In this document: one piece after another, positions 8,104 to 19,551 of the stretch | How the letters are laid out: each line of letters starts with the position of its first letter | Position numbering within the stretch: position 1 is the stretch's first letter | From: an uncultured Gemmatimonadales bacterium | GTDB taxonomy: Bacteria; Gemmatimonadota; Gemmatimonadetes; Gemmatimonadales; GWC2-71-9 | Reading direction: 5' to 3' | DNA: 64,000 nt | NCBI GenBank assembly: GCA_963730185.1 | Contig: CAVSQW010000006.1 | Span: 416,001-480,000, forward strand | The notes under the pieces: generated by a model | Seen by the model: only the letters and a program-made list of their open reading frames with translations | Told to the model about the DNA's origin: nothing | The model's database searches: none | Position numbers and translations under genes: made by a program

Positions 8104-8965
8104 CTAGATCGTCGGCAGGACGAGCCGCACGTGCTCCGCGAAGGCGCTCACCAACGCGCTCGGTTGATCGCTGTCCACCGTGAGCGCGATCCCCACGCTC
8201 GGTAACGGCGGCAAGCCATTCTCCGCGGGGAGCACCCGCAGGTCCTCGGGCACGGCGGTCCGGGTGAGCACCGCGATCGCCTGCCCGGATCGGACCACCG
8301 CCGTCAGGCCCGCCAGACTCGCGCTGGCGTAGGCGATCCGATAGGCCCGACCGATCGCCTCGAGACTGCGGCGCGCCGCCTGGTGATCGAGCGTGTCAGG
8401 GTCGGTCAGCGCGAGCTGAAGCGGATCGACGCGCGGCACGTTCGACCCGACCGAGCCCACCCACACGAGCGGCTCCCGCCGAATGACCGTCTTGCCCTTC
8501 TCGCGCTCGGCCAAGGAGACGAGGGCGAGGTCCAAGCCATGGCGCTCAAGCCGCTCGAGGAGCCGGGGCGTGTGAGCGCAATGCACCTCCACGAGCACCC
8601 CCGGATGCTCGCGGGCGAAGCCGCGGAGCAAGTAGGGCAGGAAGACCACCGCGTAGTCGTCCGGACAGCCGAAGCGGATCGTCCCGACGAGTCCCTTTCC
8701 CGAGAGCTCGGCGAGCGCCTCGTCGTGGTACCGGAGGATCCGGTGGGCGTGGGCGAGCAGCCGCGTCCCGTGCGCGGTGAGGCTCACGCCTCGCCCGCTT
8801 CGATCCAGCAGGCTGTGACCGACGATCTCCTCGAGCCGCTTCACCTGGAGGCTGATGGCGGCCTGGGTCTTCCCGACCCGAGCGCCCGCCCGGCTGAGCG
8901 TTCCGGTCTCGGCGATGACGGCGAACGTCCGGAGCAACCGGAGGTCCAGCTCTTCGATCATGGCC

Positions 8966-8967
<2 letters not shown>
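8104..8967 (-). CDS. dgdR: LysR-family regulator, DgdR-like
   Basis: N-terminal HTH (LLRTF...TQAAISLQVKRLE). GTIRFGCPDDYA, DPDTLDH and AYASASLAGL..VRSGQA resemble recalled Burkholderia DgdR. Divergent from dgdA. Confidence 0.8.
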
Positions 8968-10382
<1,415 letters not shown>

Positions 10383-10411
10383 ACGCCTCCATTCGCGAAT
10401 CGAGAGAATCC

Positions 10412-11296
10412 ATGGATCTCGTCGTCCGAAACCTCAGCAAGACCTATCCGAACGGCGTCCGCGCCCTCGACGGGATCGACCTCACGGTCGGTCCCGGGAT
10501 GTTCGGCCTCCTCGGCCCCAATGGGGCGGGCAAGTCGAGCCTGATGCGCACGCTCGCAACGCTCCAGCTCCCGGACACCGGCTCGATCCGGTTCGGGGAC
10601 CTCGACGTCCTGGCCGAGCCGGACGGGCTCCGGCGAATGCTCGGGTACCTGCCCCAGGAATTCGGGTTCTATCCCAGCCTGTCGGCCGAGCACACCCTCG
10701 ATCACTTCGCGGTGATGAAGGGCGTGATCGACCGGGCCGAGCGCCGATCCCTGGTGGCCGGCCTGCTCCAGCAAACGAATCTCTACGACGTGCGGAAGAA
10801 AGCGGTCGGCTCCTTCTCCGGCGGGATGAAGCAGCGGCTGGGCATCGCGGTGGCGCTGGCCGGGTCGCCCAAGCTTCTCATCGTCGACGAGCCGACGGCG
10901 GGGCTCGACCCGACCGAGCGGCACCGGTTCCTCAACCTGCTGGCGGAGATCGGCGAAGAGATCGTGGTGCTGCTCTCGACCCACATCGTCGAGGACGTTC
11001 GCGAGCTCTGCCAGGCGGTCGCCATCGTCGATCGGGGTCGGGTCGTGCTGCAGGGAGATCCGCGTGAGATCGTGGGCACCATGCGCGGCAAGGTCTGGCG
11101 GCGGGCGGTGGAGAAGCGCGACCTGGCGGCCGTCCGGGCCGGGCACCGGGTCATCTCGGTCCAGCTCCTGGCCGGGGCACCCGTGGCGCGGGTCTACAGC
11201 GAGACCCCGCCGGCCGGCTTCGAGCCGGCGGAGCCGGACCTCGAGGACGTCTACTTCTTCCATCTCGCCCCGGCCGACCGGGAGCTGGCGGCGTGA
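10412..11296 (+). CDS. ABC transporter ATP-binding protein
   Basis: GPNGAGKS, FSGGMKQR, LIVDEPTAGLD, STH. Confidence 0.93.
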   Translation: MDLVVRNLSKTYPNGVRALDGIDLTVGPGMFGLLGPNGAGKSSLMRTLATLQLPDTGSIRFGDLDVLAEPDGLRRMLGYLPQEFGFYPSLSAEHTLDHFAVMKGVIDRAERRSLVAGLLQQTNLYDVRKKAVGSFSGGMKQRLGIAVALAGSPKLLIVDEPTAGLDPTERHRFLNLLAEIGEEIVVLLSTHIVEDVRELCQAVAIVDRGRVVLQGDPREIVGTMRGKVWRRAVEKRDLAAVRAGHRVISVQLLAGAPVARVYSETPPAGFEPAEPDLEDVYFFHLAPADRELAA

Positions 11297-14200
11297 TGTT
11301 CGGCGCCCTCTTCCGGTACGAGCTCCGGTACCATCTCAGTCGTCCGATCACCTGGCTTTACTTCGCGCTCTTCACCGCCGGATCGTTCGCGCTTGCCGGG
11401 TCCGACGTGATCCAGCTCGTAGGCGGCACCGGCCAGGTGATGCGCAACGCCCCCTGGGTGATCGTCCGGGCGATGCAGCTCGTGGCGACGGTGGGTCAGA
11501 TCGTCGTCGCCGGCCTGATCGGGAGCTCGATCCTCCGCGACTACGAATACCAGACGCACGAGCTCGTCTTCACCACCCGGATCAGCCGGTTTGCCTACCT
11601 GGGCGCGCGCTTCAGCGGCGGATTCGTGGTGATGGTGTTCGTCCACCTCGGCATTCCCCTCGGTCTCGCGCTCGGCACGCTGATGCCGGGGATCGATCCG
11701 GCCAAGCTCCTGCCGCTGAACCCGGCGGCGTACCTGGTGCCGTTCGTGGGGTTGGTGGTGCCGATGATTCTGGTGCTCTCGGCGATCTACTTCGCGGTCG
11801 GCGCCTTCACCCGGAGCGCCTTCGCGGTCCACACTCAGGGGATCGTGCTGTTCGTCGCCTGGCTGATCGCCCAGACCCTGATCGGCAGTCTGAACGACAT
11901 GAGGCTGGCCGGGTTGCTGGATCCGATCGGCTCGGCGCCCTACCTGATCGCCACCCGCTACTGGACGGTGGTCGAGAAGAACACCCAGATCGCGCCGTGG
12001 GGCGGGCTCCTGCTCGCCAACCGCCTGCTCTGGACCGGCGTGGCGCTCGCGATCGTGGCCCTCACCTTCGCCTTCTTCCGGTTCCGGGCGGCACCCCCCA
12101 CGATCGGCCGGCGCCGCAAGGTCGTTGCGGAGACACGGGAGGCCCCGGCCTTCAGCCTCGGGGCGCCCGACCAACGGTTCGATCGGCGGGCCTGGTGGCG
12201 GCAAGCCCGCTCGACCGCGGGGCTCACCTTCTGGGGCATCGTCCGTCAGGTCTCCTTCGCGGTCATCGTCACGATCGGCCTCGTCAACCTCGGGATCGCG
12301 GCGGCCTATGCGGAGACCATCTTCGGGCAGAAGGTCTGGCCGGTCACCTACACCGTGGTCGAAGTGCTCGACGGACAGTTCTTCCTCTTCTTCGTGGTCC
12401 TGATCGCCCTCTACGCCGGCGATACCGTGTGGCGGGAGCGGGAGCTTCGGTGCGACCAGATCGTGGACACCCTTCCCGCCCCGACCGGAGCGCGGGTGCT
12501 CGGCAGTCTGACCGGTCTGATCCTGGTACAGATCGCCGTGCTGGTGATCCTCGCGGCGGCCGGCATCGTGTTCCAGGCGGCCACCGGATACTTCCACTTC
12601 GAGCTCCCGCTCTACTTCGAGTTCCTGTTCGGGACGCTCCTCCCTTCCCTGATTCAGCTGACCGTGTTCGCGGTGGCGGTTCACGTTCTGGTCGACCACA
12701 AGTACCTGGGCCACGCGCTGGTGATCCTGGCCTTCGTGCTCCGGATCGCGGCGCCGAGGCTCGGATTCGAGCACCCGCTCTTTCAATTCGCCAAGGCGGC
12801 CCCGTTCCGCTACTCCGACATGAACGGCTTCGGCCCGTACGTGCCGGGGCTCTTCTGGAACGCGCTCTACTGGAGCGGCGTGGCCGGGCTGCTGGGCGTG
12901 GGGGCGTATCTCCTCTGGGTGCGGGGCACCGACACGCCCTGGCGGATGCGGCTCCGGGAGGCGGGCCGCCGCTGGCGGGGGCCGGTGCGTCCGCTCGCCG
13001 GAGCGTGCCTGCTGGTGACGCTCGGCGCCGGCGGCGTGGTGTTCTACAACGCCAATGTGCTCAACCACTACCATCCGGCGTCCTATGCCCGGCGGCTGGC
13101 CGCCGAGTACGAGCGGGTCTACCGGCCGATGACCCGGATTCCGACCCCGAAGCTGGTGGACGTCGATGCCCGGGCCGACCTCGAGCCGGAGCACCTCGCG
13201 TTCGGGGTCAGCGGCACGTTCACCTACGTGAACGAACAGCCGAGCCCGATCGACACCATCCTGGTCTCGATGTTCGCGTCCCGCGAGCTCCGGGTGGACA
13301 GCATGGGCTGGGGCCGGCCGGCGACTTTGGTGACGGACGACTCCACCCACGGTGCCCGACTCTACCGGCTCGACCCGCCGCTCGCCCCGGGCGATACCGT
13401 TCGGCTCCGCTATCGCGCGCACTATCGAGCCCGCGGCTTTCCGATCGGTGGACCGGACACGGCGGCCGCGCAGATCGGCATCCGAAACGCGATCTCGGGC
13501 AACGGCTCGTTCCTCAGCTTCCAGTACTTCCCGTTCGTCGGATACCTGACCTGGCGCGAGCTGGAGTCGGACGCGGAGCGGCGGAAGGAGGGCCTGGCGC
13601 CCAAGGTGCGGGCCGCGCCGATCGACGACGACTCGGCCCGGGCGGTGACCTACCTGGGGATCAACGCCGACTGGATCAGCTTTCACGGCACCGTGAGCAC
13701 GGCGCCCGACCAGATCGCGATCGCCCCGGGATACCTGGTCCGCGAGTACCAGGAGAACGGGCGCCGGGTATTCGAGTACCGCTCGGACGAGCCGATGCTG
13801 GCCTTCTATTCCTTCCTTTCGGCGCGATACCAGGTGAAGCGCGACACGGCCGGCGGGATCGCCCTCGCGGTCTACTACCACAAGGGCCACGAGTTCAACG
13901 TGGACCGGATGATGGCGGCGATGAAGGACGCGCTGGCCGACTATTCGGCCCGATTCGGGCCCTATCAGTTCAAGCAGCTCCGGATCATCGAATTTCCGCG
14001 CTACTCCCAGTTCGCCCAGTCCTTCCCCAACACCGTGCCGTTCTCGGAGAACATCGGGTTCATCCTTCGGGCCGGACACCGCAACGACGACATCGACACG
14101 CCGTACTACGTGACCGCCCACGAAACCGCGCACCAGTGGTGGTTCCATCAGGTCATCGGCGGCAACGTCCAGGGCGCCACCATGCTGTCCGAGTCCCTGG

Positions 14201-14904
14201 CCAACTACTCGGCGCTGGTTCTGATGGAGAAGACCTTCGGCCTGAACAACGTGCGGAAATTCCTGCTCCAGCAGCTCGATTCCTATCTGGTGGGCCGGGG
14301 ACGGGAAGCCAAGGCCGAGCGGCCGCTGATGCTGGTGGAGAACCAGTCGTACATCCACTACAACAAGGGCTCGCTCGCGCTCTACGCCCTCCGCGACCTG
14401 ATCGGCGACGAGGCGATGAACCGGGCGCTGTCGCGGTTCGTGAAAGACAAGGCGTTCCAGAAGCCCCCGTTCACCACCAGCCGGGAGCTGCTCGGCTATC
14501 TGGAGGCCGAGACGCCGGACTCGGTGCGGTACGTGCTCGATGATCTCTTCCGGACGATCACGCTCTGGGACGACGCCGTCGAGGAGGCGACCGCCACCCG
14601 CCGCCCGGACGGCCGGTACGACGTGGCCATCCAGGTCCGCGCCGCCAAGGCGCGGGCCGACAGTCTGGGAAACGAGCACCGGGTGCCGATCGCCGATCTG
14701 ATCGACATCGGGGTGTTCGGGGAGCCGGCGCCGGGATACAGCCTCGGCAAGCCGCTCTACCTGGAGAAGCAGTGGATCCGGACGGCGGACACCACCTTCC
14801 ACGTCGTGGTCGACGGGCTCCCGCGGAAGGCCGGGATCGACCCCTACGACAAGCTCATCGACCGAAACCCGCGGGACAACGTGATGACCGTCGGACTCAA
14901 GTGA
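11293..14904 (+). CDS. ABC-2 permease / M1 aminopeptidase fusion protein
   Basis: Multi-pass hydrophobic N-terminal half. C-terminal half has FAQSF, HETAHQWW (HExxH), ESLANY and YNKG of M1 peptidases. Confidence 0.9.
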   Translation: MMFGALFRYELRYHLSRPITWLYFALFTAGSFALAGSDVIQLVGGTGQVMRNAPWVIVRAMQLVATVGQIVVAGLIGSSILRDYEYQTHELVFTTRISRFAYLGARFSGGFVVMVFVHLGIPLGLALGTLMPGIDPAKLLPLNPAAYLVPFVGLVVPMILVLSAIYFAVGAFTRSAFAVHTQGIVLFVAWLIAQTLIGSLNDMRLAGLLDPIGSAPYLIATRYWTVVEKNTQIAPWGGLLLANRLLWTGVALAIVALTFAFFRFRAAPPTIGRRRKVVAETREAPAFSLGAPDQRFDRRAWWRQARSTAGLTFWGIVRQVSFAVIVTIGLVNLGIAAAYAETIFGQKVWPVTYTVVEVLDGQFFLFFVVLIALYAGDTVWRERELRCDQIVDTLPAPTGARVLGSLTGLILVQIAVLVILAAAGIVFQAATGYFHFELPLYFEFLFGTLLPSLIQLTVFAVAVHVLVDHKYLGHALVILAFVLRIAAPRLGFEHPLFQFAKAAPFRYSDMNGFGPYVPGLFWNALYWSGVAGLLGVGAYLLWVRGTDTPWRMRLREAGRRWRGPVRPLAGACLLVTLGAGGVVFYNANVLNHYHPASYARRLAAEYERVYRPMTRIPTPKLVDVDARADLEPEHLAFGVSGTFTYVNEQPSPIDTILVSMFASRELRVDSMGWGRPATLVTDDSTHGARLYRLDPPLAPGDTVRLRYRAHYRARGFPIGGPDTAAAQIGIRNAISGNGSFLSFQYFPFVGYLTWRELESDAERRKEGLAPKVRAAPIDDDSARAVTYLGINADWISFHGTVSTAPDQIAIAPGYLVREYQENGRRVFEYRSDEPMLAFYSFLSARYQVKRDTAGGIALAVYYHKGHEFNVDRMMAAMKDALADYSARFGPYQFKQLRIIEFPRYSQFAQSFPNTVPFSENIGFILRAGHRNDDIDTPYYVTAHETAHQWWFHQVIGGNVQGATMLSESLANYSALVLMEKTFGLNNVRKFLLQQLDSYLVGRGREAKAERPLMLVENQSYIHYNKGSLALYALRDLIGDEAMNRALSRFVKDKAFQKPPFTTSRELLGYLEAETPDSVRYVLDDLFRTITLWDDAVEEATATRRPDGRYDVAIQVRAAKARADSLGNEHRVPIADLIDIGVFGEPAPGYSLGKPLYLEKQWIRTADTTFHVVVDGLPRKAGIDPYDKLIDRNPRDNVMTVGLK

Positions 14905-15178
14905 GCGCCGGCTCCGAGCCATCACCGTACCGCAGCACGGCACCGCGCGGGCCGCGGTGCCCCGGAAGCACCTCCCTCCTCCCGAGATGACGGCTGGGAG
15001 GAGGTCCGGATTACCCCCGGCAGCGACACCAGCGTCGAGACGCTGCTCGCCAGGGCAGGCAAGGGGAAGTAGGAGGCACGGCGGCGTCGAAAGGAACCGA
15101 GTGGCGGTGGTTGTTGACGAAGTGTCGCTTGCCCACGACATTCCCGCTCACACCATCGCCCACTCATTCGAGCGCACC

Positions 15179-16876
15179 ATGCCCGAGCGTCTTGGACTTC
15201 TCGCCGCCGCCATTCTCGCGGTCGGTTACCCGAACGCGGCCTCGGCCCAGTACATCGTCGGCGAGCGGGACAGCCAGGCGCTCCGGGTCGACAGCGTCTT
15301 CCGGGCGTTCGACCGGACCGACGCCCCCGGCTGCGCCCTCGGTGTCTATCAGGACGGGAAAGTCCGGTACGCCCGGGGCTACGGGATGGCCAGCCTCGAG
15401 CACTTCGTCCCGATCTCCCCGCGGACGGCGCTCGACGTCGGCTCGATCTCGAAGCAGTTCACCGCCATGTCCGTCCTGATCCTCGTCAAGGAGGGCAAGC
15501 TCTCCCTCGACGATCCGATCCGGAAACAGTTCCCGGAGCTCCCGGCATACGCGGACGGGATCACCTGGCGCCGAGCCCTCAGTCAGACGAGCGGGTTGCG
15601 GGACCTGTGGAGCATGTGGGGGCAGACCGGGCGGACTTTCGCGGGCGACACGATCGACGCGCTCCACATCATCGCCAAGTCGGCGCGCGCCAACTACGAG
15701 CCGGGCGACCACTACCTCTACACCAACACCGGCTGGATCCTGGCGGCGCAGCTGGTCTACCGGCTGACCGGCAAGACCCTCGCGGAGTTCGCCAAGGAGC
15801 GGATCTTCACCCCGCTCGGGATGCGGGACACCCGCTACCTCTCCAACCGCGAGGCGGTGATCCCGAACCTGGCGGAGAGCTACGCGCCCGTGGGGACCGG
15901 GTTCGAGGTCCGGCGTAACAGCTACGACGGCGCCATCATGGGGGCGGGCGGGATCCACACCACGGTCCTGGACTTCGGCCGCTGGCTCGACAACTACGAC
16001 CAGGCCACGGTCGGCGGACCCGACATCATCCGGACCATGACGACGCCGACGCAGCTCAACGACGGCTCACCGGCGTGGACGGGGCCGGACCTGGCGTACG
16101 CGATCGGGCTCACGGTGGGGACGCTACGCGGTCTCCGGGTGGTGGCGCACGGCGGCGTCTGGGGAGGGTTCCGGGGCCACTTCCTCCGCTTCCCCGATCA
16201 GCGGTTCGGGGTCGCGACCTTCTGTAACCTGACGACCTCGGGACCGGATTCCCTGGCGCGGAAGGTGGCCGCCATCTACCTCGGCGACCGGATGCAGGCC
16301 GACACCGCGGCGGCGTGGGCCGAGGCGCTGGCGGCGGAGCCCTTGGTCGCGCGCTCCGCCGAGAGCCTGCGTGGGCTGGTCGGGGTGTGGCGGAACGTGG
16401 AGCTCGGCCAGGTGCGCCGCATCCGGCTGGCGGGCGACACGCTCGTCTCGGACGGCAACCGGCCGACGCCCTACGAGCCGCTCGCGGGCGGCCGATTCCG
16501 CTTCGGCCACGGCGCCGAGGTACGGTTCGAGGGGGATCCGGCGGCGCCCTCGAGCATGATCGTGCGCACGACGGGGGGCATGGAGACGTTTTCGCGGGCG
16601 GACACCGCCCAACTCGACCCGGCGAAGCTGGCCGAGTACGCCGGCGATTACCGGAACGACGAGGTGGAGGCGACCCAGACCTGGAAGATCGAGGACGGGA
16701 AGCTGGTCATGTACGTGGGCTATCGGAAGCTCGGCGCTCTGGAGCCGAGCTACCAAGACGGCTTTACCCGGGGCGGGAGTGTGATCGACATCGTTCGGGA
16801 CAAACGCGGGCGGATCACGGGCTATCTGGTGGAGGCTGGGCGCGTTAGGCACTTGCGGTTCACCCGGCTCCGATAG
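15179..16876 (+). CDS. Secreted serine hydrolase (beta-lactamase class C / D-aminopeptidase-like)
   Basis: Signal peptide, GSISKQF (SxxK), YLYTN (YxN), HGG, plus C-terminal accessory domains. Confidence 0.88.
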   Translation: MPERLGLLAAAILAVGYPNAASAQYIVGERDSQALRVDSVFRAFDRTDAPGCALGVYQDGKVRYARGYGMASLEHFVPISPRTALDVGSISKQFTAMSVLILVKEGKLSLDDPIRKQFPELPAYADGITWRRALSQTSGLRDLWSMWGQTGRTFAGDTIDALHIIAKSARANYEPGDHYLYTNTGWILAAQLVYRLTGKTLAEFAKERIFTPLGMRDTRYLSNREAVIPNLAESYAPVGTGFEVRRNSYDGAIMGAGGIHTTVLDFGRWLDNYDQATVGGPDIIRTMTTPTQLNDGSPAWTGPDLAYAIGLTVGTLRGLRVVAHGGVWGGFRGHFLRFPDQRFGVATFCNLTTSGPDSLARKVAAIYLGDRMQADTAAAWAEALAAEPLVARSAESLRGLVGVWRNVELGQVRRIRLAGDTLVSDGNRPTPYEPLAGGRFRFGHGAEVRFEGDPAAPSSMIVRTTGGMETFSRADTAQLDPAKLAEYAGDYRNDEVEATQTWKIEDGKLVMYVGYRKLGALEPSYQDGFTRGGSVIDIVRDKRGRITGYLVEAGRVRHLRFTRLR

Positions 16877-16953
16877 GGGAGGTGAGAGTCGGGGCCAAGG
16901 CTGGCCGACCGTCCGTGGAACGGTTCCGTGACCGAGCACACCTCAAGAGACGG

Positions 16954-17023
16954 CAACCGCAGAGGGCGCTGAGGACGCAGAAGTACAACGATGCCTCCGC
17001 GCCCTCAGCGTACTCAGCGGTTG
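16954..17023. repeat. Imperfect 30-bp inverted repeat with internal 9-bp periodicity (REP-like)
   Basis: CAACCGCAGAGGGCGCTGAGGACGCAGAAG versus the reverse complement of the right arm, CAACCGCTGAGTACGCTGAGGGCGCGGAGG (6 mismatches). Intergenic. Confidence 0.7.
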
Positions 17024-17127
17024 ATCAGTTGTTGTTGCCGCTGCGCCGAAATCCACGACCCCTACGGTCCCCATTTCGCGCGTGATCGCCCTTGACGCTC
17101 TCCCACCCCGTCCTCACCTTTTCGCGC

Positions 17128-17325
17128 ATGATCGCGGTGATCAGGCGGATCGGAGCGGGGCTCGCGCTCGCCATCTTCGCGGCCCAGGCCGCGGCGGGCG
17201 CGAGCTTGTGCTGCCTCTCCAGCACCCGCGGCGAGGTGGTGGCACCGGCGCAGTCGGGGCCGAGCCACCACCACGCCCCTGATCGGGAGCCGGCCGGGCG
17301 CCACCAGCACGCCAGCCAGTGCTGA
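17128..17325 (+). CDS. Small hypothetical exported His/Cys-containing peptide
   Basis: 65 aa with a signal-peptide-like N-terminus, then CC, HHH and HQH..QC. Confidence 0.35.
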   Translation: MIAVIRRIGAGLALAIFAAQAAAGASLCCLSSTRGEVVAPAQSGPSHHHAPDREPAGRHQHASQC

Positions 17326-17557
17326 GGGTCGGCTCGGGCCGCTCTGTCTCGTGGCGCAAGAGCACGTCCTTCCCCTGCCGCTCGCGCCGCCTCTCTTCCA
17401 GTAGGATCACCCGCTCCACCGCTCCAACGGCTTCGCCCGGGCGGGCCGGTCGTGGCGGAGCTCGAGGCCGCTTCGTTCGCGCCGGCGATCATCGCGCGCA
17501 GCGAGGGCACCCGGCGCGCGGGGCAATGACCGCGCCAATCACCGCAGGGGACCGAAC

Positions 17558-18313
17558 ATGTCCGACACAACGTCGCTTTCGAAGCTGCTGACCTTCTTGA
17601 TCGCCGTGGCGATCTTCGAGTGGTGGGAGCGCACCCGCCCGAGTCGTCGGCTCGACCCGCGTTACCACCTCCGCCTCAATCTGCTGGCTTTCGCGGTCGT
17701 GCTGGTGGCGGGAGCCCTCTGGCCCAAGCTGCTGGTACCCTTGTTCGAGCGGCTCGATCTCCAAGCGGCGTTCACGGGCCTCGGGGCGCTCCGGAGCCTC
17801 CCCAGCGTGGCGAAGGTCGCGCTCGGGCTCGTGCTGGCGGACTTCAGTCTCTACTGGGTCCACCGGTGGATGCATGGGCCGGCCTGGCTCTGGCGCGCCC
17901 ACCAGTTCCACCACAGCACCGAGCAGCTCAACTGGTTCTCGGGCGCCCGGACGAGCGTCGTGCACCTCCTGCTGTTCGCGATCCCCCAGGTCCTCATCGC
18001 CTACTATCTGCTCGACGTGTCGGCGTGGGAGGCCGCGATCGGGTTCTCGATCGGGGTGGTGGTGAACCTCTGGGTCCACACCAACATCTCGGTGAACCTG
18101 GGACCGCTCGAGTGGCTGATCATCACACCCGACTTCCACCGGGTGCACCATGCGAGGGACATCCTGCCGTCCAAGAACATTGGGTTCATGCTCACGATCT
18201 GGGACCGGCTGTTCGGTACCTATCTCGACCCGCACGCGCTCGCCAACGACTATCCGCTCGGTCTGGCCGAGGATCAGCCGGCCGTGAGCGGGCGGATGAT
18301 CGCGGGGGTCTGA
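17558..18313 (+). CDS. Sterol desaturase / fatty acid hydroxylase family protein
   Basis: His boxes YWVHRWMH, HQFHHS, HTN, FHRVHH; WDRLFGT; hydrophobic segments. Confidence 0.9.
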   Translation: MSDTTSLSKLLTFLIAVAIFEWWERTRPSRRLDPRYHLRLNLLAFAVVLVAGALWPKLLVPLFERLDLQAAFTGLGALRSLPSVAKVALGLVLADFSLYWVHRWMHGPAWLWRAHQFHHSTEQLNWFSGARTSVVHLLLFAIPQVLIAYYLLDVSAWEAAIGFSIGVVVNLWVHTNISVNLGPLEWLIITPDFHRVHHARDILPSKNIGFMLTIWDRLFGTYLDPHALANDYPLGLAEDQPAVSGRMIAGV

Positions 18314-18444
18314 CCGGGGTGACATCCTGGCCTCGACCCATGGCGCCCGCGCTGGCCCGGCGGCATATTCGCCCTTCAGCTTCGCGCAGCATGGACATCT
18401 CCGCCACGAAAGCGTCATCGCCGCGTCGGCGTCAGGGGGAAGAC

Positions 18445-18909
18445 ATGAGGATTACTATCGCTTCCGTGGTCGCACTGCTGGCCTCGGCTCTTCCCACCGT
18501 GGCGCTGGCGCAGGCCGGTCCGCCCCAGGTCACCTTCCTCACGTCCGGGGAGACGACCAAGCTCAACCTGCCCTTCTCGGAGGCGGTGCGGGTCGGAAAC
18601 GTCCTCTACCTGTCCGGCAACGTCGGGAACAAGCCCGGCACCAACCAGCTGGTTCCGGGCGGCACCGAGGGCCAGACCCGACAGGCGCTCGAGAACATCA
18701 AGACCGTGCTGGAGCGCTACGGCTCGTCGATGGACCGGGTGTTCAAGTGCACGGTGATGATGGCGGACATCTCCGAGTGGGGGAAGATGAACGCGGTCTA
18801 CGTGACGTTCTTCAAGCAGCACTTTCCGGCCCGGAGCGCGATCGGCGCGTCCGGTCTGGCGCTCGGCGCGGCAGTCGAGATCGAGTGCCTGGCCACGGTG
18901 GGACCCTGA
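18445..18909 (+). CDS. RidA/YjgF family protein with N-terminal signal peptide
   Basis: PFSEAVRVGNVLYLSG, MNAVY..FF...FPARS, EIECLA. Leader MRITIASVVALLASALPTVALA-Q. Confidence 0.88.
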   Translation: MRITIASVVALLASALPTVALAQAGPPQVTFLTSGETTKLNLPFSEAVRVGNVLYLSGNVGNKPGTNQLVPGGTEGQTRQALENIKTVLERYGSSMDRVFKCTVMMADISEWGKMNAVYVTFFKQHFPARSAIGASGLALGAAVEIECLATVGP

Positions 18910-18947
18910 ACGGGGGTTTCCCAGCCACGGGCCATGGAGAAGTCCTC

Positions 18948-19463
18948 ATGGTTTGCCTTAGGAGAGTGGCGGTGACCGGCGGAGTTGTGGCGATGGCGTC
19001 CGCCTGCGCCCAACCGGGCACGGTTCACTATCGTCGGATCGAGCCGAGGCCCTCCCGGGTCACGGTTCCGCCTCCCCCGGCCTCCTGGCTGGGATCGCCG
19101 GAGCGCCCCCGAACGGCGGCGATCGTCGGCACGGTATTCGACTGCCGCGGCCAGGCCGTCAGCGCGCTCCTCCGGGTCCGCCGGGACGCCGAGCCGGCCG
19201 ACACCCTCAGTCTCCGGGCTCCTGAGGGACAGTTCACGATCGGACCGCTGGCGCCCGGCACGATAGCCGTGGATGTGCTCGCCCCGTTCGCGACCCGCCG
19301 CACCTGGCATCGGTCCGTGGTCCCGGGACGTCTGGATACGGTCGCCGTTCGCCTGTCAGACGACGAACTTGGACTTGCCATCGAGGACTGCTGGCAGAGC
19401 GGCAAACGCTTCGAGCCCTGCCCCGCGCGAACCGCCTATAGCTGCCCGGTCGAGCCCATCTGA
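18948..19463 (+). CDS. Hypothetical (lipo)protein with carboxypeptidase-regulatory-like beta domain
   Basis: RBS GGAGA, ASAC lipobox-like motif, IVGTVFD..G, G.FTIGPLAPG pattern. Confidence 0.5.
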   Translation: MVCLRRVAVTGGVVAMASACAQPGTVHYRRIEPRPSRVTVPPPPASWLGSPERPRTAAIVGTVFDCRGQAVSALLRVRRDAEPADTLSLRAPEGQFTIGPLAPGTIAVDVLAPFATRRTWHRSVVPGRLDTVAVRLSDDELGLAIEDCWQSGKRFEPCPARTAYSCPVEPI

Positions 19464-19551
19464 GCATGGCCCGGCCCGGAGCCGAGGACGTGCAGTTGAC
19501 GGCCCGTCGGCCGCCCCGTAGCTATCAAGCAGCCCCTCAATCGAGGCTCCG

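Noticed and set aside
14960..15072. Coding-like fragment (..WEEVRITPGSDTSVETLLARAGKGK*)
   Set aside because: No usable start or RBS; at best a gene remnant that cannot be supported.
11064..15141. Very long alternative-frame and antisense ORFs (1159 aa and 1296 aa here; similar ones throughout the window)
   Set aside because: They shadow well-supported genes; stop-codon scarcity in high-GC DNA explains them, and the translations have no family motifs.
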